Shown here: piece by piece, positions 7,149 through 16,672 of the stretch | How the letters are laid out: every line of letters starts with the position of its first letter | Numbering within the stretch: position 1 is the first letter of the stretch | NCBI GenBank assembly: GCA_043822305.1 | Contig: JBDRBU010000019.1 | Span: forward strand, 1 to 27,681 | Direction: 5' to 3' | DNA length: 27,681 nt | Source: Candidatus Firestoneibacteriota bacterium | GTDB taxonomy: Bacteria; Oederibacteriota; D2-FULL-39-29; JBDRBU01 | Notes under the pieces: model-generated | Database searches by the model: none | What the model saw: the letters and a program-made list of their open reading frames with translations, nothing else | Told to the model about the DNA's origin: nothing | Translations under genes and position numbers: made by a program

Positions 7149-8177
7149 TTATTTACATATTACATTTTTTTTATACGGCAGATAAACAACCCTTTTTTCT
7201 GTTATTATACCTGCAATAAGAGCGTTCGGGGTAATATCAAATGCAGGGTTATAAACTTTAATTCCCTTTGGAGTAATTCTTTTATTTAAAACACAGGTAA
7301 CTTCTTCAGGATTTCTTTCTTCTACTACTATCTCCATACCGCTTTTTAAAGATAAATCAATTGTAGAAGTGGGTGCGGCTACATAAAATGGAATCTTATG
7401 AAAATTGGCCAGCACGGCTAAAGTATAGGTCCCTATTTTATTTGCCGTATCACCATTTGAGGCAATCCTGTCTGCACCCACTAAAACTGCTGAAACAAGA
7501 CTTTTGGACATTAAGTATCCGGCCATATTATCAGTAATAAGTTTAAAAGGAATTTTTGCCTTTTTTAGTTCCCAGGCTGTAAGTCTCGCACCTTGCAGTA
7601 CCGGCCGTGTTTCGCACACAATAACTTTTATTTTTTTACCATTTTTATGCAATGTATTTATAATCCCGAATGCTGTTCCAATCCCACCTGTGGCCAGAGC
7701 ACCGGTGTTACATATAGTTAAAATTGTATCGTCCTCGAGAAACAATTTCGCACCATTATTAGCCATCTTCGCGTTCATCTTTATATCTTCTTTCTCTATT
7801 TTTAATGCTTCTTTAATTAAAATTTTCTTAATACTCTTAACTGGCTTATCTTTATGTAAAAGTAATACCTTTTCCATTCTATCTAATGCCCAAAATAAAT
7901 TAACGGCGGTTGGTCTGGATTTTTTTAAAACTTTTAATGCAATTTTTAAATCTTTATAAAAAGTGTTAAAATTTTTTGCTTTAGATTTTAATCCGGCAAG
8001 AGCAAATCCCAGGCTAGAAGCAATTCCTATCGCTGGAGCACCTCGAATAACAAGTTTTTTTATACATTCTGCAACTTCCTTAAATGTTTTAACTCTAACA
8101 TAAACTTCTTTAAAGGGAAGTTTTCGCTGGTCAATCATAACCACAGAATTATTTTTCCACTGGATAGAGGGTAACAT
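7149..8177 (-). CDS. mtnA: S-methyl-5-thioribose-1-phosphate isomerase
   Basis: Motifs IDQRKLP, IRGAPAIG, RPTAVNL, CNTGALAT, ETRPVLQGARLT, GADRIASNGDTANKIGT and NPAFDITP. Confidence 0.95.
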   Translation of the reverse strand: MLPSIQWKNNSVVMIDQRKLPFKEVYVRVKTFKEVAECIKKLVIRGAPAIGIASSLGFALAGLKSKAKNFNTFYKDLKIALKVLKKSRPTAVNLFWALDRMEKVLLLHKDKPVKSIKKILIKEALKIEKEDIKMNAKMANNGAKLFLEDDTILTICNTGALATGGIGTAFGIINTLHKNGKKIKVIVCETRPVLQGARLTAWELKKAKIPFKLITDNMAGYLMSKSLVSAVLVGADRIASNGDTANKIGTYTLAVLANFHKIPFYVAAPTSTIDLSLKSGMEIVVEERNPEEVTCVLNKRITPKGIKVYNPAFDITPNALIAGIITEKRVVYLPYKKNVICK

Positions 8178-9007
8178 TATATTTTTAATTTTTTTACGAC
8201 TAAACTCATTAACTTAGTGAGTCTGGGCTCTGACTCAATTGCAATTTTAATAATTTTATCTATATTAGCCGGTTCCAAGGCATCAGCAATACATTTATCA
8301 GTGATGACAGATATACCCAGAACTTTTAAACCACAATGTCTGGCCACAATAACTTCAGGGACAGTAGACATACCTACAGCATCTGCTCCTATTAAACTTA
8401 GAAATCTATACTCCGCAGGAGTTTCTAGGTTTGGACCTGTAACCATAACATAAACACCTTTTTGAATCTTTATTTTCTCTTCAATTGCAATTTTCTCTGC
8501 TAATTTTATTAGTTCTTTATCATATGCACCATACATGTCTGGATACCTTGGACCTAAAGTATCATCATTAGGACCAACTAAAGGGTTGTCACCCATAAGC
8601 AAACTAATATGATCGGTAATGACCATTAAATCACCCGGGGTATATGTACGGTTCATCCCTCCGGCTGCATTTGAAACGACAAGAACCTTAACACCAAGTT
8701 TTCTCATGACATAAACAGGGTAAGTTATTTGTTTTAAATTATATCCTTCATACTTGTGAAACCTTCCTTGCATGGCTACAACTTTTCTTCTGCCTATATT
8801 TCCCAGAACAAGTTTTCCTGCATGAGTTTCTAAAGTAGATATCGAAAAATTTGGTATATCTTTATAATTTATCTCCACCTTGTTTTTTATCTCATGGGCC
8901 AGACCACCTAATCCTGTTCCCAAAATTATACCAACATCCGGTTTTATTTTAGAATATTTTTTAATTACTTCAACTGATTCATTGACTTTATCTTTCAATT
9001 CCGACAT
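8177..9007 (-). CDS. punA: Purine nucleoside phosphorylase, trimeric (PNP-I/MTAP fold)
   Basis: Motifs GIILGTGLG, MQGRFHKYEG, SNAAGG, GPNLETPAE and GADAVGMSTVPE. AGGAGG SD. TAATG overlap with mtnA. Confidence 0.9.
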   Translation of the reverse strand: MSELKDKVNESVEVIKKYSKIKPDVGIILGTGLGGLAHEIKNKVEINYKDIPNFSISTLETHAGKLVLGNIGRRKVVAMQGRFHKYEGYNLKQITYPVYVMRKLGVKVLVVSNAAGGMNRTYTPGDLMVITDHISLLMGDNPLVGPNDDTLGPRYPDMYGAYDKELIKLAEKIAIEEKIKIQKGVYVMVTGPNLETPAEYRFLSLIGADAVGMSTVPEVIVARHCGLKVLGISVITDKCIADALEPANIDKIIKIAIESEPRLTKLMSLVVKKLKI

Positions 9008-9018
9008 ATCCTTACCTC

Positions 9019-9822
9019 CTATTTTTTTGTCAGTTCTTTCGACTTATTTGCAGCTGCACTAACTGCTTCTTCTATAATTTTCTTTAATCCTTTACTTTCA
9101 AAAACTTTAAGTGCTTCAATAGTAGTACCGCCAGGAGATGTTACTTTTTCTCTTAAATTATCCGGCTTTTCATTTAACTCTAAAACCATCTTTGATGCAC
9201 CCAGAAATGTGTTAAAAGCAAGAACCTCTGCTATTTCTTTTTTTAAACCAAATCTCATTCCTGCTTCTGCTAAATATTCCATGAATAAAAATACATACGC
9301 CGGTCCGCTACCGCTAATGGCCGTAACCACATCCATAAATTTTTCATCAACTTCAACAACTTTTCCAATTGACTGAAAAATTCCTTTGGCCAATTTAACC
9401 TCAGAAGATTTCGCATATTTACCCAAAGAAATTGCAGAAACACCAGCACAGACTAAAGCAGGTGTATTTGGCATAATACGAATCACAGCAATTTGATTAT
9501 CAATGGATTTTTCTATATAGTTTATTGATATTCCAGCTACAATAGAAACTATTAAGCTATCTTTTTTAACATTGTTTTTTAAATCAGAAAGAACCGAATG
9601 AATATCCTTAGGTTTTACGGCTACAACTATTATCTTGGATTTTTTTATAAGTTCTATATTATCTTTTGTGCTATTTACTTTACATAATTTTGTTAAATGC
9701 TTTAATTTCTCTTTTCTGATATCACTTATTAAAATATCTTCTGGCAAAAATTTCTCTGATTTTAAGATTCCTTTAATAATCGCTTCGGCCATGTTTCCCG
9801 CACCCAGAAATCCTATCTTCAT
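9019..9822 (-). CDS. proC: Pyrroline-5-carboxylate reductase
   Basis: Motifs GFLGAGNMA, AVKP, RIMPNTP, SGSGPAY and VTSPGGTT. Confidence 0.97.
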   Translation of the reverse strand: MKIGFLGAGNMAEAIIKGILKSEKFLPEDILISDIRKEKLKHLTKLCKVNSTKDNIELIKKSKIIVVAVKPKDIHSVLSDLKNNVKKDSLIVSIVAGISINYIEKSIDNQIAVIRIMPNTPALVCAGVSAISLGKYAKSSEVKLAKGIFQSIGKVVEVDEKFMDVVTAISGSGPAYVFLFMEYLAEAGMRFGLKKEIAEVLAFNTFLGASKMVLELNEKPDNLREKVTSPGGTTIEALKVFESKGLKKIIEEAVSAAANKSKELTKK

Positions 9823-10508
9823 ACCTTTCTCTCCCCAAATATGGCTGTACCAATTCTAATCATATTAGAACCTTCTTCTATTGCCATTTTAAAATCCGAA
9901 CTCATACCCATTGATAAATATTGCATCTTAACATTTTTAAAACTGGATTTTTTTATTTCATCAAACAGAACTTTGAGTTTTCTAAATATTGGTCTAACTT
10001 CTTCATCAACTTCAAAAACTGGAGCAACGGTCATAAGTCCTAAGATTTTAAGACTATCTAAACTTTCTGCCTCTTTTAAAAATGGCAAAACTTCTTCACA
10101 TTTAAAACCAAACTTTGTTAATTCATGACTAACATTAACTTCCAACAATATTGAAGTAACTTTATTTATTTTTTTTGATTCCAAATCAATTTCTTTAGCT
10201 AATTTAAAACTATCAACCGAATGGATAAGAGAAAAGATTTTTACTGCGTCTTTAACTTTATTGGTTTGTAAATGACCAACCATATGCCATTTGATCGCAA
10301 GAGAATTTAAATAAAGGTATTTTTGTTTTGCTTCTTGAATTCTATTCTCACCTATATTTAAAATACCTTCTTCAACTACTTCTTTAATCCTCTCAACATC
10401 TACTGTTTTTGTTACAGCCACCAGTACGATTTCTTCGACAGACCTTACTTTTAAAGAAGATTTTCTTATCTCTTCTCTTAAAATATCTATATTCTCTTTA
10501 ATACTCAT
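9819..10508 (-). CDS. yggS: PLP homeostasis protein (YggS/PLPBP)
   Basis: Motifs VAVTKT, GENRIQE, WHMVGHLQTNKV, LSMGMSSDF and IRIGTAIFG. ATGA overlap with proC. Confidence 0.95.
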   Translation of the reverse strand: MSIKENIDILREEIRKSSLKVRSVEEIVLVAVTKTVDVERIKEVVEEGILNIGENRIQEAKQKYLYLNSLAIKWHMVGHLQTNKVKDAVKIFSLIHSVDSFKLAKEIDLESKKINKVTSILLEVNVSHELTKFGFKCEEVLPFLKEAESLDSLKILGLMTVAPVFEVDEEVRPIFRKLKVLFDEIKKSSFKNVKMQYLSMGMSSDFKMAIEEGSNMIRIGTAIFGERKV

Positions 10509-12607
10509 TTAATAATTGCTTTACTCTCGACAGACTTTACTTTTTGTCCCTTAGAATCAGTTACTTCAACATAATATGTTAATGTTCCGGTATAATCAAA
10601 TCTCCTTGTTGTCGCACTATAAGATCCATCTTTTTTAGTGCCAGAGGTCCTAATCATTAAATCTTTTGCTTTTTCAGTCATTCCTGGCCCTTGATAAATT
10701 AAAATAACTGAACGAACCTCTTTATCATCTCTGACACCTATCATCACCGCCATTCCTTTACCAACAATAGGAGGAACTGCTGTATATGTGTGAATTATCG
10801 GAGAAGTATCTACTACATCAAAATTCTGAATATCTCTTCCGTATTCACCTATAGGCAAACCATCATCTCCTAATCTATCCCATATACTTGCTATTACTTT
10901 ATATTTACCATCATCTAACGAAGAATCTATTTTAAAATCTCCTTCTTTTTCTTTTGTTTCTCCTTTATCTAATTCAAGTTTCTCGTTTAAAATTGTTGAA
11001 ACTTTATTATTTGGATCTATAACTTCTAATTTTATGAAAAATTCATGTTTAGCTTCGCCAGTATTTGTATATTTTACTTTAAGTGGAGCAGATTCACCAA
11101 ATTTTCTTGAGCGAACTTCTCCAATCATACTTGCTGAGGCTGATATTGTCGGACAGCCTACATTAAATGATTGAACTTTTTCATCGTATCTTTCAACAAG
11201 TTTTCCACCGGCATCTATGTCATTCCATATAGACACTTTTGCCTCATAATTACCATAGGGAGCATCTATGGGTATAGCATAATCAAATACTACTGTTTTA
11301 GCTTCTCCTATTTCCATTTGAATCTTCTTGGGTAGTAAACTAATTATTTCTTTAGTATTATTTATACTTACACTGACAGGGAATATGTGCAGTAATTCAC
11401 CAGCATTCCTTACATCAAATTCAATGGTAACCATCTCCCCAACTTTTATTTTGCCTTTACTGCTTATTTTAATCACATTTGAAACTCTCGCTTTAGTAAT
11501 TCTTTCTGCTACTGTAAACTCCTGTTGAGATTCTGCTACCTTTTTTTTGCTTAAATCATCTGTCGTTCCAGCATAGGCTATTATATTTATTTTATATCTT
11601 CCATGGGACCCGATCATGGGGATAGGATATTCATATGAGGCTTGTTTAACTTCATCAACATTCAATTGAAAATCCTTCGAAAGAAGTTTTATGATTTTTC
11701 CAGATGGGTCAGTTAAAGAAGTATCTAAACTAAATATCTTAACCACATCACCGGTATTCTTAATCTCGATATTAAATCCAATAGTTTCTCCAGACTTTAA
11801 CTTTCCCGTGAGTTTTACTGCTTCTATAGATGCTTTAATAACCCTTTCTTCAATAAAAATCTCGTTTTCAAGTTCTGCTAATTTCTTTTTATTTGAGTCA
11901 CTTGCTTCTCCTGCAAATAAACTTAAACTAATTTTATACTTTCCACTCGGAGCATCCATTGGTACAGAATGTTCATATGAGAATTTTTTACTTTCTTCTA
12001 TTTTTAAATTGAAATCTTTTGGAGTTAGTTGAGTAACCACACCTTTTGGATTAACAATATTTCCTTCGACTGAAAAAGTTTTTGCGACTTCGCCAGTATT
12101 TTTTGCAACACCGTTTATTGTTAATATTTCTCCAACTTTTTTTATACCTTTTATATCTATTAAATTTATAACACCATTAACAATTTTTTCAGCAATCACA
12201 AAGTCCTGTTTTAATTCAACAATTTTATCTAATGTGGAGGAAAGCAAAGAAGTCTTAGCCGTAATATAACCCACCGCCATATAGTTGCCAGGAATAGACG
12301 GCTCAGATATTTGGCACTCGAATTCAACAGATTTCTTTTTCTTAGGTTCCAACAAAAGAATTTGATTTGGGCAAGAAATAACTTTATTATCGCTACTTAT
12401 TAAATCCAAATTAACAACATACTCTCTTTTTAAATAACTTAAACTTTCTAATTCAACTTTAACCTTAAAACTAGTATCTAATTTTTGTTGTCCAATCCTG
12501 CTGATTGATATTGTAATAATTGGTTTAATTAGTACCCGGTCATATACAATAAATCCCAAAATTGCAAGCACAAGCAAAACCACCAAAACAACAATTATTT
12601 TTTTCAT
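10505..12607 (-). CDS. Membrane-anchored protein with about 5 tandem Ig-like (CARDB/NEW3-like) beta-sandwich repeats
   Basis: N-terminal TM helix. A recurring ~110-aa unit carries KNTGE/KNTGD/RNAGE/TNTGE ... PxG/PNN ... GxYK/YE. GGAGG SD. The function is unknown. Confidence 0.75.
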   Translation of the reverse strand: MKKIIVVLVVLLVLAILGFIVYDRVLIKPIITISISRIGQQKLDTSFKVKVELESLSYLKREYVVNLDLISSDNKVISCPNQILLLEPKKKKSVEFECQISEPSIPGNYMAVGYITAKTSLLSSTLDKIVELKQDFVIAEKIVNGVINLIDIKGIKKVGEILTINGVAKNTGEVAKTFSVEGNIVNPKGVVTQLTPKDFNLKIEESKKFSYEHSVPMDAPSGKYKISLSLFAGEASDSNKKKLAELENEIFIEERVIKASIEAVKLTGKLKSGETIGFNIEIKNTGDVVKIFSLDTSLTDPSGKIIKLLSKDFQLNVDEVKQASYEYPIPMIGSHGRYKINIIAYAGTTDDLSKKKVAESQQEFTVAERITKARVSNVIKISSKGKIKVGEMVTIEFDVRNAGELLHIFPVSVSINNTKEIISLLPKKIQMEIGEAKTVVFDYAIPIDAPYGNYEAKVSIWNDIDAGGKLVERYDEKVQSFNVGCPTISASASMIGEVRSRKFGESAPLKVKYTNTGEAKHEFFIKLEVIDPNNKVSTILNEKLELDKGETKEKEGDFKIDSSLDDGKYKVIASIWDRLGDDGLPIGEYGRDIQNFDVVDTSPIIHTYTAVPPIVGKGMAVMIGVRDDKEVRSVILIYQGPGMTEKAKDLMIRTSGTKKDGSYSATTRRFDYTGTLTYYVEVTDSKGQKVKSVESKAIIK

Positions 12608-12618
12608 ACCCCCTCCTT

Positions 12619-12639
12619 AATAGGGACAGACACCCTATT
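12619..12639 (-). repeat. GGTGTCTGTCCCTATT motif, copy 2; forms hairpin AATAGGG-ACAGACA-CCCTATT
   Basis: Directly follows the HU stop codon. 16/16 identical to the copy at 25236-25251. Confidence 0.7.
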
Positions 12640-12904
12640 TTATATTCTTTAACTCTTTACTAACTTTGAAAAATATTGCTTTACGAGCCGGTAAAGGTAA
12701 ACTTTCATTGGTCTTTAGATTTCTAGCCACTCTTTCTGCTCTTTGTTTTACAATAAATGTACCAAATCCTCTAATTTCTATTCTCTCGCCTTTTATTAGA
12801 TATTTAATTAGACTTTTAAATATAGTATCTACTACTTTTTCAGCATCTTTAATAATTAACCCTGTATCTTCAGCAACTTTTTCAATTATATTAGAACGAA
12901 CCAT
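12635..12904 (-). CDS. HU/IHF-family DNA-binding protein
   Basis: 89 aa with GERIEIRGFGTF, RVARNLKTNE and FKVSKELK. GGGGAG SD. Confidence 0.92.
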   Translation of the reverse strand: MVRSNIIEKVAEDTGLIIKDAEKVVDTIFKSLIKYLIKGERIEIRGFGTFIVKQRAERVARNLKTNESLPLPARKAIFFKVSKELKNIK

Positions 12905-13096
12905 AAATTATGACTCCCCATAATGTAAATAAATAATACTAGGAATAGTTGTTCGCCAAAGCGAACAGACTATTGCCTCGTATGATTTCTTAAAACTATT
13001 CTTGTTTCTTTTTTAATTTTTGCCCTTTCATATTTTAAAGAAGCGTGAATTTTTTCTACTGGTTTTCTACTCCATATTCTTCTTATTGCGGGCTTT

Positions 13097-14095
13097 TTAA
13101 CTTTTAATTTTTGAGACATATTCAAACACTTTTTTTAAAACTTTTTCTTTTACTTCTTTTAACTTTCCTTTAACCTGTGCACCTGAAGCCCTGATATGTC
13201 CACCACCATTAAATAATGATGCAATCTTACTAACATCTACCTCATCTTTCTTAGACCTGAAACTCAATTTAATTTTATTACTATCTAATTCTGTAAATGA
13301 TATGGCCACATCAACACCTTTAATAGACCTGGCATAATTTATTATCCCTTCCGCATCCTCATAAACTGCTCCAGTCTTTTTAAATGCATCATTTTTTAAA
13401 GTAATCCATGAAATTTTCTTGTCTTGACTCACCTCTAAAGAATTAATGGCCAGACCAAGTAATTGTATCTTCCCCAGAGAATTTATCTCATATATATTCT
13501 TATATATTTCCGATGGTATGAGATCATAGTTCAATAAATCCACTACTATTTCATGTGTTCTTTTTGTTGTATTTGAATAAGCAAATGAACCAGTATCCGT
13601 TAAAATAGAAGCATATATACAGGTGGCAATATCTTTATCAAACTTTATTTTTAAAACTTTTAGAATATCGTAAATTTGCTCTCCTACGGCACAAGCTGAA
13701 CTTACTATATAATTATAATCTCCAAAAAAAGTATTTCCGGGATGATGGTCAATATTGATTATCTGGTTTACGCATTTAAATACTTTCTTTATATCTCCCA
13801 GCCTGTTCAAATCCGAACATTCTATGGCCACGCCAATATTACAACCGGCATTAGATAAATCAATTTTCTTTAATAATCCATCAAAAGGTAAAAAATAATA
13901 ATTCTCTGGCAGGGAATTAGCAAAGGCAATAGACACTTCTTTTTTTAATTTTCTTAGACCTAAAGCCAAGGCCAGACTAGCACCTATTCCATCTCCATCA
14001 GGATGTACATGTGTAGATAACAAAAAATTATTTTCTCTTTTAAAAACTTTTACAATATCTTTCAGATTATGACTTTCCATAATGTCCAATCTCAT
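13097..14095 (-). CDS. nrnA: DHH/DHHA1 phosphoesterase (bifunctional oligoribonuclease/pAp phosphatase)
   Basis: Motifs THVHPDGDGIG, NIDHH, TDTGSF, SFRS and GGGHIRASG. Usual position after rbfA. The start could alternatively be at 14080. Confidence 0.9.
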   Translation of the reverse strand: MRLDIMESHNLKDIVKVFKRENNFLLSTHVHPDGDGIGASLALALGLRKLKKEVSIAFANSLPENYYFLPFDGLLKKIDLSNAGCNIGVAIECSDLNRLGDIKKVFKCVNQIINIDHHPGNTFFGDYNYIVSSACAVGEQIYDILKVLKIKFDKDIATCIYASILTDTGSFAYSNTTKRTHEIVVDLLNYDLIPSEIYKNIYEINSLGKIQLLGLAINSLEVSQDKKISWITLKNDAFKKTGAVYEDAEGIINYARSIKGVDVAISFTELDSNKIKLSFRSKKDEVDVSKIASLFNGGGHIRASGAQVKGKLKEVKEKVLKKVFEYVSKIKS

Positions 14096-14120
14096 GTCCT
14101 AAAAAATGCTCGATGCATTC

Positions 14121-14164
14121 TTGCCTTCGGCAAAATACCGCCTCGCAATGACACCGCAACGACA
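14121..14164 (-). repeat. GTCATTGCGAG-type palindromic repeat between rbfA and nrnA
   Basis: Minus strand reads TGTCGTTGCGG-TGTCATTGCGAGG-CGGTATTTTGCCGAAGGCAA. GC-rich island with the internal hairpin TTGCC-TTC-GGCAA. Confidence 0.5.
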
Positions 14165-14182
14165 ATGTTCAGTGAGGATTTG

Positions 14183-14521
14183 TCATTTTTCTATCGTTCT
14201 AAACAAATTTAAAGTTTTTTCAATCTCTTCTGTAATTAAGTCCAACTCAAAATCTATCTCTGGCATGAACCTTACAACTATTCTTTTGGCCAGCTGTCTT
14301 CTTACAAATCCACTGGCTCTTTTTAATCCTTTTATCGTCTTTTTTACTACATTCTCATTACCCAAAACTCTCACGAATATTGTAACTTTTCTTATATTAT
14401 CACTTATCTTAACATTTGTTACAGTTACAAAACCTATATCCGGATCATTAAGTTCCCTGCTTATAATATCGCTTGCTTCTCTTTGAAACTGTTTTGAAAG
14501 TTTTTCTATACGCAATGACAT
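14183..14521 (-). CDS. rbfA: Ribosome-binding factor A
   Basis: Motifs RIEKLSKQF, DPDIGFVTVTNV, ASGFVR and RFMPEIDF. Follows infB. Confidence 0.95.
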   Translation of the reverse strand: MSLRIEKLSKQFQREASDIISRELNDPDIGFVTVTNVKISDNIRKVTIFVRVLGNENVVKKTIKGLKRASGFVRRQLAKRIVVRFMPEIDFELDLITEEIEKTLNLFRTIEK

Positions 14522-14545
14522 AAAATAACCCCTGCTTCCGTAAAA

Positions 14546-14570
14546 CGTCCCATATAAAACGGGACGCTAC
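14546..14570 (-). repeat. GTAG-headed hairpin overlapping the infB stop (REP-like or weak terminator)
   Basis: Minus strand reads GTAG-CGTCCCG-TTTTATA-TGGGACG, followed by TTTTA. Confidence 0.5.
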
Positions 14571-16672
14571 AATTTACTTAAAGTCTTTTCTATGATTACA
14601 ACTTCTACTAAATCTCCTATTTTAAAATCTTTAAACCCATCAATCCCCAGACCACATTCATAACCCGATAAAACTTCTTTAACATCTTCTTTAAATCTTT
14701 TTAACGAACTAACTTTTCCATGACCAATTATTTCTCCATCTCTTAAAATTTTTACACCAGTTCCCCTGGTTATCTTACCCTCTAATACATATGAGCCGGC
14801 TATAACACCATTTGGAATTTTAATTAACTGTTTAACTTCTACTTTCCCAATAACTACTTCTTTCAATACCGGCTCAAGTATTCCTTCCATTGCATTTTTT
14901 ACAGCATCTGTTATTTCATATATTATCTTAAATAATTTTACATCAACTTCTTCTCTTTTTATCACATCAGATACATTACTTAATATATTCACATTAAAAC
15001 CAATGACAATCGCATTAGATGCGCTGGCTAACATCACATCAGATTCGTTTATATCTCCCACACCTTTATGAATAATAAAAACTCTGATTTTATCAGTACT
15101 TAATTTCTCTAAAGCATTTGACACGGCATCTATTGAACCTTGAACATCCCCTTTTAATACTATTCTTAACTCTCTTAGTTTGCCTTCTTTAATTTCATTA
15201 TATAAAGATTCTAAAGAAATATGTTTAGCTTTTTGTATATTAATTTCTCTCCGTAATTCATTTCTCCTTAAACTAATTTGTCTGGCTGACTTTTCATCTG
15301 AAATAGCACAAAATGTGTCGCCCGCATTAGAAACACCCGAGAATCCAGTTATCTCAACCGGAATAGGAGGGATTGCTTCTGTTAACCTCTCTCCTTTATC
15401 GTTTATCATAGCTCTCACTTTGCCAAAAGTAAAGCCGGAAATAAATGCATCTCCTATCCTTAAAATTCCTCTTTCTATTAAAACTGTGGCTACAGGTCCT
15501 CGGCCTTTATCTAATCTTGCTTCTAAAACAACACCTCTGGATAAACCTTCTCTTACTGTTTTCAACTCAAGCATCTCTGCTTCAAGCAAAATCACCTCAA
15601 GTAGTTCATCAATCCCCGTGTTCTTCTTAGCCGATACCGGGACAAATATAGTTTTACCACCCCAGGCTTCCGCTATAAGGGCATACCCTGATAATTCTTG
15701 CTTTACTTTCTCTATGTTTGCTGCCGGCTTATCCATCTTATTTACGGCCACAATTATTGGGACCTTGGCTGCTTTCGCATGGTCTATAGCTTCAATAGTT
15801 TGAGGCATTACCCCCTCATCTGCGGCAACAACTAACACGACTATATCCGTTACTTTAACCCCCCTGGCTCTCATGGCCGTAAATGCTTCATGACCTGGTG
15901 TATCTAAAAAAATTATCTCGCCTCTGGGTAGTTGAACTTTATAGGCGCCAATATGTTGTGTAATTCCACCTGCTTCTTTTTCAGTTACTCTTGTATTTCT
16001 TATGACATCAAGTAAAGAGGTCTTTCCATGATCAACATGACCCATAACAGTTACGACCGGAGGTCTTGGAACACGCTTTAAACTTTTATCCTCATCTATC
16101 TCCTCTAAAATTTCATCACTAAATATTGAAATAAACTCTACATTATATCCATATTCATCGGCTATGAGAGATATTGTATTTTTATCTAATTTTTGATTTA
16201 TGGTAACCATCATGCCCATACTTATAATCTTTTTAATTAAATCCGTTACGGCCACATTTAATCTACCAGATAACTCACCGACTGTCGTAACTTCTGTTAT
16301 TTTAATAATAGGTTTTATTTTTTCTACGACTACTTCTTTAATGACAGGTTTTGTTTCTATCGTTTGTCTTAACTCGGGACCTGCTTCGCTCGCCTTCTCT
16401 TCTTCTTTTACTTTCTTTTCTTCTTTTACTTTCTCTTCTTTCTCTACTTTTTTTACTTCCTTTACTTCTTTTATTTCTTTCTCTACTTTTTTTACTTCTT
16501 TCACTTCTTTCACTTTCTTAAACTTATCCAAAACAATCTTAACCGTAGCATCATCCAGCATACTCATATGACTATTAACAGTGATCTTTAATTTCTTTAA
16601 TTCTTCCAAAAGTTCGCCACTGGATATTCCTATTTCTTTTGCTATTTCATAAACTCTTTTTTTGCTCTTCAT
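14567..16672 (-). CDS. infB: Translation initiation factor IF-2
   Basis: Motifs RPPVVTVMGHVDHGKT, GGITQHIGAY, DTPGHEAF, NKMD, SLKRFKEDV and ECG. IF2_N begins KRVYEIAKE. Start at ATG 16672 (GTG 16684 is an alternative), overlapping nusA. Confidence 0.97.
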   Translation of the reverse strand: MKSKKRVYEIAKEIGISSGELLEELKKLKITVNSHMSMLDDATVKIVLDKFKKVKEVKEVKKVEKEIKEVKEVKKVEKEEKVKEEKKVKEEEKASEAGPELRQTIETKPVIKEVVVEKIKPIIKITEVTTVGELSGRLNVAVTDLIKKIISMGMMVTINQKLDKNTISLIADEYGYNVEFISIFSDEILEEIDEDKSLKRVPRPPVVTVMGHVDHGKTSLLDVIRNTRVTEKEAGGITQHIGAYKVQLPRGEIIFLDTPGHEAFTAMRARGVKVTDIVVLVVAADEGVMPQTIEAIDHAKAAKVPIIVAVNKMDKPAANIEKVKQELSGYALIAEAWGGKTIFVPVSAKKNTGIDELLEVILLEAEMLELKTVREGLSRGVVLEARLDKGRGPVATVLIERGILRIGDAFISGFTFGKVRAMINDKGERLTEAIPPIPVEITGFSGVSNAGDTFCAISDEKSARQISLRRNELRREINIQKAKHISLESLYNEIKEGKLRELRIVLKGDVQGSIDAVSNALEKLSTDKIRVFIIHKGVGDINESDVMLASASNAIVIGFNVNILSNVSDVIKREEVDVKLFKIIYEITDAVKNAMEGILEPVLKEVVIGKVEVKQLIKIPNGVIAGSYVLEGKITRGTGVKILRDGEIIGHGKVSSLKRFKEDVKEVLSGYECGLGIDGFKDFKIGDLVEVVIIEKTLSKL

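Noticed and set aside
14106..14486. 126-aa plus-strand ORF
   Set aside because: It is antisense to rbfA, starts within a palindromic repeat and has no recognisable motifs.
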